Part shown: in pieces, positions 50,684 to 57,004 of the stretch
Layout: each line of letters opens with the position of its first letter
How positions within the stretch are numbered: the stretch's first letter is position 1
From: an uncultured virus (IMG/VR IMGVR_UViG_3300001605_000010)
Lineage: Duplodnaviria > Heunggongvirae > Uroviricota > Caudoviricetes
Length of the DNA stretch: 57,004 nucleotides
Virus record (IMG/VR): IMGVR_UViG_3300001605_000010
Span: 62,001 to 119,004 of that record
Direction: 5' to 3' (one strand)
The notes under the pieces: model-generated
What the model saw: the letters and a program-made list of their open reading frames with translations, nothing else
Told to the model about the DNA's origin: nothing
Database searches by the model: none
Made by a program: the position numbers and the translations under genes

Positions 50684-51964
50684 TTAATGGAACTGCTCTT
50701 CTTCGGTGGATCCTTTGAGTGCTGCAGTAGAAGCATCACGTTCCACTGTGGTGGTCACGGCATCAAAATAGCCAGTGCCCACTTCACGCTGATGTTTCAC
50801 AGCGGTAAATCCACGATCAGCAGCGGCAAATTCGTTTTCCTGCAGTTCAACAAAGGCCGACATACCTGTTCGTGCATAACCATGAGCAAGATTGAACATC
50901 GAATAGTTGAGGCTGTGGAAGCCCGCCAAGGTGATGAACTGGAACCGGTATCCCATGGCACCCAGCTCACGCTGGAATTTGGCGATAGTGGCGTCATCTA
51001 GATTTTTCCGCCAGTTGAAACTTGGTGAGCAGTTATAGGCCAGCATCTTTCCCGGGAACTGTTTGTGAACAGCTTCGGCGAATGTTCGAGCGAACTCAAG
51101 ATCGGGCCGACCTGTTTCGCACCATACCAAGTCGGCATAAGGTGCATAGGCCAAGGCCCGGCTTATGGCTTGTTGGATGCCCGGCCGTGTGCGGTAGAAT
51201 CCTTCCACGGTGCGTTCACCAGTGAGAAACTCTCGGTCATGATCATCAATGTCTGACGTAACCAAGTCGGCTGCTTCTGCATCAGTTCTAGCGATAACCA
51301 GAGTAGGAACACCCATGACATCACTGGCAAGGCGAGCGCTGACCAGCTTGGCCACTGCTTCTCTAGTTGGAACAAGTACCTTGCCTCCCATGTGTCCGCA
51401 TTTTTTCACGGCCGCTAGTTGATCTTCAAAATGAACACCAGCGGCTCCGGCTTCGATCATAGCTTTCATGAGTTCAAACGCATTGAGCACGCCACCAAAT
51501 CCTGCTTCAGCATCTGCCACTATAGGCAGGAAATAATCTATTTCATCCGAACCTTCCATCCACTGGATCTGATCTGCGCGACGGAAAGTATTGTTGATGC
51601 GCCGTACTACCTGTGGCACAGAGTTGGCAGGATACAGTGACTGATCGGGATACATCTCTCCGGCGAGATTGGCATCACCTGCTACTTGCCAGCCCGACAG
51701 ATAGATGGCCTTCAATCCTGCCTTGGCCTGCTGCAGGGCCTGCATGCCTGTGAGAGCGCCCAGAGCATTGATATAAGGTTCAGCATGGAGACTGTTCCAC
51801 AATCTTTCTGCACCACGTCGTGCCAGAGTGTGTTCTTCTGCTAGGCTACCCCGTAGTTTCACCACATCCTCCGCGGTGTATCCGCGTTTGATGCCGGCCC
51901 ATCTTGAGTTCTCTGTCCAATCCTGCTGTATCTTGTATGCTTGCCAGGTACGATCTTTGCTCAT
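50684..51964 (-). CDS. aceA: Isocitrate lyase
   Basis: [17 protein letters not shown], catalytic [29 protein letters not shown] and STEEEQFH. Confidence 0.97.
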   Translation of the reverse strand: MSKDRTWQAYKIQQDWTENSRWAGIKRGYTAEDVVKLRGSLAEEHTLARRGAERLWNSLHAEPYINALGALTGMQALQQAKAGLKAIYLSGWQVAGDANLAGEMYPDQSLYPANSVPQVVRRINNTFRRADQIQWMEGSDEIDYFLPIVADAEAGFGGVLNAFELMKAMIEAGAAGVHFEDQLAAVKKCGHMGGKVLVPTREAVAKLVSARLASDVMGVPTLVIARTDAEAADLVTSDIDDHDREFLTGERTVEGFYRTRPGIQQAISRALAYAPYADLVWCETGRPDLEFARTFAEAVHKQFPGKMLAYNCSPSFNWRKNLDDATIAKFQRELGAMGYRFQFITLAGFHSLNYSMFNLAHGYARTGMSAFVELQENEFAAADRGFTAVKHQREVGTGYFDAVTTTVERDASTAALKGSTEEEQFH

Positions 51965-51985
51965 TGAATCCTCCAGTATTATTGA

Positions 51986-52005
51986 TATTTATTTGCAGTG
52001 CAGCA
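51986..52005 (-). promoter_or_regulatory. PhaR-like box fused to the TAAATA late promoter of the aceA operon
   Basis: Minus strand TGCTGCACTGCAAA-TAAATA. Confidence 0.55.
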
Positions 52006-52064
52006 TCAAAAGATTTATCCAGGTCAGCAGAGCTAAATATACCAGTATTTAAAAAGGAGACGTC

Positions 52065-52277
52065 ATGTTCGCATTTTTTAAGAAGTTGTTTGGCAAGGCA
52101 GATATCAATCAGGATGGCAAGGTCGACCAGAAAGACGTTGCTGTGGCAGTAGATGCGGTACAAGCAGCAGTCAAAGGTGCCAAATCCATGGCCAAAACAC
52201 AGGCCAAGAAAACTGTAACCAAAGCCAAAACAGCAGCCAAAAAACCTGCCGTCAAAAAGACTAAGCCAGCAGCCTGA
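52065..52277 (+). CDS. Small protein with EF-hand-like loop and Lys/Ala-rich tail
   Basis: DINQDGKVDQKD plus AKKTVTKAKTAAKKPAVKK; AGGAG RBS; TAAATA at 52034-52039. Confidence 0.7.
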   Translation: MFAFFKKLFGKADINQDGKVDQKDVAVAVDAVQAAVKGAKSMAKTQAKKTVTKAKTAAKKPAVKKTKPAA

Positions 52278-52554
52278 CCATGCCCACGGTGTCAATCACT
52301 GTGAGCAGGACATAATTAGATAACATACCAAAACTGCCCCGGGTCCATGCGGCCCAGGCATAAATGGCTGATCCTGATATGGTCATGGTCAGGAACAAAA
52401 AGAACGGAACATCTGGTACAGTGAGCGCAAACAAAACCGCAGCACCGATGCTGAGTGCCCAAGCCAACAACTCCAACCAAAATCTCTCGGGCCAGGATGC
52501 ATGATCGCGCTGGATATACTGCCATGTGGCTCGTATGTTTTTCCGGGTTATCAT
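52261..52554 (-). CDS. Small membrane protein (paralogue of 24998-25279)
   Basis: FWLELLAW...WTRGSFG; three TM segments. Confidence 0.65.
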   Translation of the reverse strand: MITRKNIRATWQYIQRDHASWPERFWLELLAWALSIGAAVLFALTVPDVPFFLFLTMTISGSAIYAWAAWTRGSFGMLSNYVLLTVIDTVGMVRLLA

Positions 52555-53099
52555 GCCAGGCCCAAGGACTGTGCATGTTCAAACAACTGAGCTTGTCCTA
52601 GGTTTTTAGATTTTGACTCGCATTGTATGTCTGCCCACTGCCAGTGTGACAGTGCCCAGTCGCTCACAGACGAGTTCCAGTAGAAATCTGAATGAGCCCG
52701 TAGTTTTGATTTCTTATAGCCTCTTCCAAGAAGGTCTGCAAGATCAGGTCTAGTTCGGGAACAATGATCCACAAGAACATCTTCGCGACTAACACTGTAA
52801 TGACAAGCAGGGCGCACACCACGCCAAGACTCAACAACACGCTGTGTGCGAGGGTCCGAGGCAGAGATATATTCGCCGGTGTTGATCCAATGATGATGAA
52901 TGTCCAGCACAAGAGCCACACGGTGAGCCACAGCAAGAGTAACGTCCAGACCATTTGTTATTTCGTCATTTTCTATGGTGATTAGATTCCTGGCCTCAGG
53001 AGAGAGGCGATCCAACGTTCGCAGGAACTTTGCAGGCCCACCTTTGCCTGACAAATGTACATTTATCTTGAAACCCATGTGCCCCCCAATTTCCGCCAC
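52551..53099 (-). pseudogene. uvsE: UV-damage endonuclease UvsE, N-terminally truncated
   Basis: INVH, ITIENDE, LDIHHH, HYS, AHSD and ESKSK motifs present; the N-terminal part (e.g. the HP motif) is absent. Confidence 0.7.
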
Positions 53100-53437
53100 A
53101 TCAATCTCCGTTCCATGATCTCCAGGAATGCCTGGGCTTGATCCTCCTGACGGAATCTCACTCCACCCACGCGATACTGGCCTGCCACATAATCGCTCAA
53201 TCCATCCCCCTGGGCCTGTGCGTATCCTGTCAAATCGATGGTAAAGGTCTCGTACTCACCGTTGACCAGCAACACGCAGAGATGGGCCTGATCCAAGCCA
53301 AGTTCGTTGAACAGGATCTCCAACAAGGTGCTGACCTTGCGGCCGGAATCGGCCACGGCCATCTCAAAGCCGGGCCAGGTCACTGACCATCCCCAGGCAG
53401 GGTCGTGATTGACGATCTCAAACGGTCCTGATGTCAT
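53063..53437 (-). CDS. Hypothetical protein
   Basis: Starts at a GAGGTGGTC-ATG junction. Confidence 0.55.
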   Translation of the reverse strand: MTSGPFEIVNHDPAWGWSVTWPGFEMAVADSGRKVSTLLEILFNELGLDQAHLCVLLVNGEYETFTIDLTGYAQAQGDGLSDYVAGQYRVGGVRFRQEDQAQAFLEIMERRLMWRKLGGTWVSR

Positions 53438-53640
53438 GACCACCTCACAGCGAAAAGGGTGAGATTGGCAGGGGTGAGATCGGTGATTAGACTGCCGGTG
53501 CGGATGCCACCGTGCTGTCCCAACCACCGGTCTAGATCCATTTGATGTTGGGACCAGTATGCAAAGTCACTCAAGATCACCGTGGGCTGACCCGGTGGAA
53601 CACCGATGTCTACGATCTGGAATCGGGATTTAGCACTCAT
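53434..53640 (-). CDS. Small protein, RW-terminal family
   Basis: Ends TLFAVRWS. Confidence 0.6.
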   Translation of the reverse strand: MSAKSRFQIVDIGVPPGQPTVILSDFAYWSQHQMDLDRWLGQHGGIRTGSLITDLTPANLTLFAVRWS

Positions 53641-53867
53641 GACCACCTCAACGCCAACACGGTGTAGATCCTTTCGTCAACATCAACGACATTGTAATTC
53701 ATGTGCCGTTTGACATAGACTGTCTGTACCCATCGTGCGTATTCCTGCTGGCCGAAAGCAGTCCTCAACCATTCGCACACGGCCCGGGAACAGGCTATGG
53801 TGTACCAGGGCTTGCCATCCACCAAGTTCTTGGTGATCGTCGTGAAATCTCTGTGGTCGTCCATCAT
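53637..53867 (-). CDS. Small protein, RW-terminal family
   Basis: Ends TVLALRWS. Confidence 0.6.
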   Translation of the reverse strand: MMDDHRDFTTITKNLVDGKPWYTIACSRAVCEWLRTAFGQQEYARWVQTVYVKRHMNYNVVDVDERIYTVLALRWS

Positions 53868-54118
53868 GACCACCTCATGATATCGAACATGGTGCCATAT
53901 TGTGATTGGGGTTCGTCGATGAATCCAGTGTAGATCCACACCCGGCGGCGATAGACCTGCCCCCAGATCCATTGATTGTTGATACTCCTACGAGGACGGA
54001 TCAAGAACACCGGATGCCAGGGTCGTTCCACATTGGTTATATCACCCTTCTGGATATCGGGCCAACGATCTCGCAACATGTCGTTCCTGTTGATCTGCCA
54101 TGCCATGCTGAATTTCAT
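53864..54118 (-). CDS. Small protein, RW-terminal family
   Basis: Ends MFDIMRWS. Confidence 0.6.
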   Translation of the reverse strand: MKFSMAWQINRNDMLRDRWPDIQKGDITNVERPWHPVFLIRPRRSINNQWIWGQVYRRRVWIYTGFIDEPQSQYGTMFDIMRWS

Positions 54119-54453
54119 GACCACCTCATGGCAAAGTATGACGCCCATTGGGCATGCCGCCGTCGGATCTTTATGGTAAGGCGATCTTCCGTGGCATCAT
54201 GGCCGCCCATGCCCCACTGCCAATCCCAACCCTGTCTGCCCACATGCTTTTCCAAGTATGGACGGTAGTGATCGTTGGGATCTGCTGATTCTACATATTC
54301 AAAATATTCTCCAACGCCCGACCATCCTTGTCTATGGCTGGGACCGGCCCGAACCTCGCCTCGGGGCCACCGCACAGTGATCACCACGCCGGGCACGAAT
54401 CTCCACCACAACTTTTCGACGAAACTCAACTGACAGGGCATCCACTGTGTCAT
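54115..54453 (-). CDS. Small protein, RW-terminal family
   Basis: Ends SYFAMRWS. Confidence 0.6.
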   Translation of the reverse strand: MTQWMPCQLSFVEKLWWRFVPGVVITVRWPRGEVRAGPSHRQGWSGVGEYFEYVESADPNDHYRPYLEKHVGRQGWDWQWGMGGHDATEDRLTIKIRRRHAQWASYFAMRWS

Positions 54454-54698
54454 GCGGCCCACCTCAGGGCGAACAAGGTGGCATCTTCGGGTCGCTGGAA
54501 ATAGAACCAAGTGTGATCCACCTGATACACCACGGTCCACCGATATCCCATGGCACCCATCTCCAGATCCAGCCACAGTTCTCGAGGGCGGATGTCTCGT
54601 TTCCAGTCAGAATCGATCTTGACCCCATGGGGCCAATGGGCGGAATCGGGTCCGCCGCGGTTGACATAACGAGCATAGACATCGGCGATCAGTGTCAT
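54450..54698 (-). CDS. Small protein, RW-terminal family
   Basis: Ends EDATLFALRWAA. Confidence 0.6.
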   Translation of the reverse strand: MTLIADVYARYVNRGGPDSAHWPHGVKIDSDWKRDIRPRELWLDLEMGAMGYRWTVVYQVDHTWFYFQRPEDATLFALRWAA

Positions 54699-54937
54699 GC
54701 CCACCTCAACAAGAACAAGACCCGATCCTGCTCATCGCGGAACCAGAACTTAGCAGAGTTAGCATACCAGCGTTCATCGAGCTTGGGAGGAGATCCTCCC
54801 CATATGCTGGTAGTGCTGGGTCCCATGGTCTCGATCACCCACTGTTCCATCTCCGGCCAAGGAATCAAGAAGGTGTCCGGTTCCACGCAATAGTATGTCC
54901 GACCGTAGACGGCACCTTCGCTGGTGCTTGTCTTCAT
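54695..54937 (-). CDS. Small protein, RW-terminal family
   Basis: Ends FWFRDEQDRVLFLLRWA. Confidence 0.65.
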   Translation of the reverse strand: MKTSTSEGAVYGRTYYCVEPDTFLIPWPEMEQWVIETMGPSTTSIWGGSPPKLDERWYANSAKFWFRDEQDRVLFLLRWA

Positions 54938-55224
54938 GACCACCTCAGTGAGAATAATACCGCCGCTTGTTCAGTCTCGAACCAGAATGTCCCGCCAGTC
55001 CAGGTGTAGTGATCCTCGCCGAACTGATCCTGGCACCACTCATGAATGTATACCCATGGTTGTTTGAGACTGACTTTGACAGGGTAATAGCCGGCCGCCC
55101 GGAACCGTTGATGCCACAGTGCTGGTTGGCTGTGTGTGTCAACGCGATCTATCCTGCGTGTGAACTCTCGGATGCTCTCACAGTCCTGTGGGATAGAAGT
55201 CAGCGTGATCAAGGGTCTACTCAA
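54934..55224 (-). CDS. Small protein, RW-terminal family
   Basis: Ends FWFETEQAAVLFSLRWS. Confidence 0.65.
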   Translation of the reverse strand: MSRPLITLTSIPQDCESIREFTRRIDRVDTHSQPALWHQRFRAAGYYPVKVSLKQPWVYIHEWCQDQFGEDHYTWTGGTFWFETEQAAVLFSLRWS

Positions 55225-55459
55225 CCGCGAAATGTTGTTTGATTTTTACATCACTGTGGAATGGTGCAGTATCTTCTACCACATAATCATCTTCCCATTC
55301 TCTTGCCAGTTCAGCACATTCCCGCACGATCAACTCGATAAGCCCATTGACTTCTTCACGGTACATGAAATAGTGCTCATCTTCTACGATTTCACCATAG
55401 GAGTTGAAATAATCTCGACAATGGTGTTGTTTCAAATACGCTTCGATTCGTTCGTTCAT
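55217..55459 (-). CDS. Small protein, MNERI...ELIVREC...HFGVE family
   Basis: MNERI, ELIVRECA and IKQHFAVE. Confidence 0.65.
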   Translation of the reverse strand: MNERIEAYLKQHHCRDYFNSYGEIVEDEHYFMYREEVNGLIELIVRECAELAREWEDDYVVEDTAPFHSDVKIKQHFAVE

Positions 55460-55755
55460 CGCATATCCTTTATGAATTGTGTTATCTTTGGCATCAGATA
55501 CTGATCTCTCACCCGTTCGACCACGCAGGAATTACCATTGTGATGCTCTTCCCATCTCCTACAATTACTCTTGTATAAATCCAATGCCTTGGTGAATTGA
55601 TAGAGATTCCATTCTTTGGACTTGGCGGCGTCATACTGGAAATACCAATAGTCTTCCAATTGGGATCGTGTCTTGGATATCAATTCGTCTCGGGCATTGT
55701 TCAGGATGCCGTTGAGCACAGTTTCGATATCTTCCGGGATGATCCGTTGGTTCAT
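55456..55755 (-). CDS. Hypothetical protein
   Basis: MNQRIIPED...; ATGA-coupled. Confidence 0.55.
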   Translation of the reverse strand: MNQRIIPEDIETVLNGILNNARDELISKTRSQLEDYWYFQYDAAKSKEWNLYQFTKALDLYKSNCRRWEEHHNGNSCVVERVRDQYLMPKITQFIKDMR

Positions 55756-55928
55756 CGCACGATCTCCATGATCATCACAACACTGGGTGAACCAAAACAC
55801 ACGGCCAAGGCACAAAACACTCCAGATCTATACCAAGGCACATATTCGATATCCAAAGTTTCACACAGTTCCTGTTCAGTCATTTCCGAGACATCGATAT
55901 AGATTATGTTGCGTTCTTTATCTGTCAT
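55752..55928 (-). CDS. 58-aa hypothetical protein
   Basis: Translated by hand: MTDKERNIIYIDVSEMTEQELC...; coupled to the next gene. Confidence 0.45.
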   Translation of the reverse strand: MTDKERNIIYIDVSEMTEQELCETLDIEYVPWYRSGVFCALAVCFGSPSVVMIMEIVR

Positions 55929-56003
55929 ATTTTATCCAGACTGGCATGTTATTCATGACACCATCGGTGAACAACCACTTACTGAATGCCGCAAAGAAAC
56001 GGA

Positions 56004-56234
56004 TCACGATTCAACTCCAAAATGTTCTTTAATACCCTTAGATAAGTCCTCTCGCCAAAGACTATCAAAATCTCTCTTGTAATCCTCATTAATGTATCTC
56101 ATACATTCCCGAACAATCAACTCGGCAAATTTTTCGTGATATTCATCCATCCAGCCTTTTGGATCAATATCCGGATCAATGCTTTTGGCATTTAGTCTGG
56201 CCTGTTCGTAAAGTTCTCTAATGCGTTCGTTCAT
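56004..56234 (-). CDS. Small protein, MNERI family
   Basis: MNERIRELYEQA...KFAELIVREC...IKEHFGVES. Confidence 0.7.
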   Translation of the reverse strand: MNERIRELYEQARLNAKSIDPDIDPKGWMDEYHEKFAELIVRECMRYINEDYKRDFDSLWREDLSKGIKEHFGVES

Positions 56235-56431
56235 TCTTCAACTCCTGCGTCAAATCGTTCTAGGTATAACTGATATTCTGATTGATTTATTTTATCAATT
56301 TCATTTTGTAAAGATAGTCCGTGGAGTTTTTGAAAATCGGATATCATTTCTTGTGCGGTCTGAAATTGGTTATCTTTCAACTCACCACCGTATTTTTCAA
56401 GCCATTCATCATAGGTTAGTTTAATCATCAT
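56231..56431 (-). CDS. Hypothetical protein
   Basis: 66 aa ending AGVEE (GGAGTTGAAGAATGA junction). Confidence 0.55.
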   Translation of the reverse strand: MMIKLTYDEWLEKYGGELKDNQFQTAQEMISDFQKLHGLSLQNEIDKINQSEYQLYLERFDAGVEE

Positions 56432-56748
56432 TCAACTCCGAAATGTTCTTTCAAAACATAGTTCACTTGGTATCCGCCCATCTCGTTGTCGTGTAAAACA
56501 TCACAACATTCCCTCACGATCAACTCGGCGAATCGCTGTAATCCATCGTAGGTATAGACCATACAACCCTTCTCGCCGCCCACATGTTGATTGAGGTCGA
56601 CAAACCCTTTGGCCTGCTCAGCCAGTTCTCGTATCCGTTCGTTCATTTTGGGTTTGAGTTTTGGAGCCAATGGTCCTCGGCTACAGACATGGGCCACATC
56701 AAAATCTGGATAACTGTCGCCGCAATGCGGGCAGGTGATATATTTCAT
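56428..56748 (-). CDS. Small protein, MNERI family with N-terminal Zn-knuckle extension
   Basis: CPHC...HVC followed by MNERIRELAEQA...FAELIVRECC...KEHFGVE. Confidence 0.7.
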   Translation of the reverse strand: MKYITCPHCGDSYPDFDVAHVCSRGPLAPKLKPKMNERIRELAEQAKGFVDLNQHVGGEKGCMVYTYDGLQRFAELIVRECCDVLHDNEMGGYQVNYVLKEHFGVE

Positions 56749-56915
56749 TCTCCATCTCCTAAGTGTTCTTTAGATACTTGCTCTTTGGACACTGATCGCA
56801 CGATCACGCCAGCATCCAGTTGTGTTTTCATGAAAGCCACTGCCTCTCGCCAAGACCCGAAAGTCTTGCTCGGGCAAGGCACTGTTGATCCATAGTGTAC
56901 TGTATATTGTTTCAC
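56745..56915 (-). CDS. 56-aa hypothetical protein
   Basis: GTGA overlap; ends SKEHLGDGE. Confidence 0.5.
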   Translation of the reverse strand: MKQYTVHYGSTVPCPSKTFGSWREAVAFMKTQLDAGVIVRSVSKEQVSKEHLGDGE

Positions 56916-57004
56916 TCGTCAACTCCAAAATGTTCTTTCAAAACATAGTTCACTTGATATCCGCCCATCTCATTGTCGAATAAAACATCACAACATTCCT
57001 GCAC
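56912..57004 (-). CDS. 3' end of another MNERI-family gene (partial)
   Basis: ...ECCDVLFDNEMGGYQVNYVLKEHFGVDE*, near-identical at DNA level to 56432-56518. Confidence 0.7.
   Translation of the reverse strand: MQECCDVLFDNEMGGYQVNYVLKEHFGVDE

Noticed and set aside
53434..54947. Regularly recurring 14-bp repeat as a CRISPR or attC array
   Set aside because: Intervals are roughly 200-340 bp of complete ORFs, the repeat is not an attC-like hairpin, and no integrase is visible; kept as a gene-junction finding instead.
1..57004. Alternative genetic code, tRNA/rRNA genes, diversity-generating retroelement
   Set aside because: Recognisable genes are intact under code 11 and use all three stops; no cloverleaf or rRNA was spotted by eye (tRNAscan not run); no reverse transcriptase, and the 56.4/56.9-kb repeat differences do not look confined to adenines.

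Overview
This 57-kb window looks like part of a large lytic dsDNA tailed phage (T4-like/jumbo-style, uncultured), using the standard genetic code, with almost all genes on the minus strand. 1-3.6 kb: partial radical-SAM gene, GroES and a stand-alone DnaE fragment. 3.7-19.1 kb: baseplate and tail-fibre module, including collagen-like fibres, with a glycosyltransferase and a heme oxygenase inside it. 19-25 kb: host-like redox, iron and translation genes (ErpA, SOD, IF-1, 7Fe ferredoxin, BI-1/YccA, cytochrome c, a CDGSH-like mini-protein). 25-40 kb: small early genes behind repeated sigma70-type TTGACC-N17/18-TATAAT promoters. 40-52 kb: two ClpP genes, radical-SAM, a phasin-like gene, a GIY-YIG endonuclease and an aceA-dadA-aldolase-desaturase operon. 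52.5-57 kb: a truncated UvsE and arrays of tiny, translationally coupled paralogues. The most notable observations are: (i) PhaR-like TGC-N3-GCA boxes at late promoters of the phasin-like gene, isocitrate lyase, heme oxygenase and a small-ORF operon, suggesting a phage module wired to the host PHA carbon-storage regulator; (ii) a 16-bp palindrome placed 7 or 18 bp (one helical turn apart) upstream of four early promoters; (iii) gene arrays whose 3' ends share a fixed SD+stop/start junction. The host is probably a PHA-storing proteobacterium, possibly Burkholderiales (inference). Several Ns and frameshifts indicate local assembly errors. All calls come from reading motifs by eye; no database searches were run.
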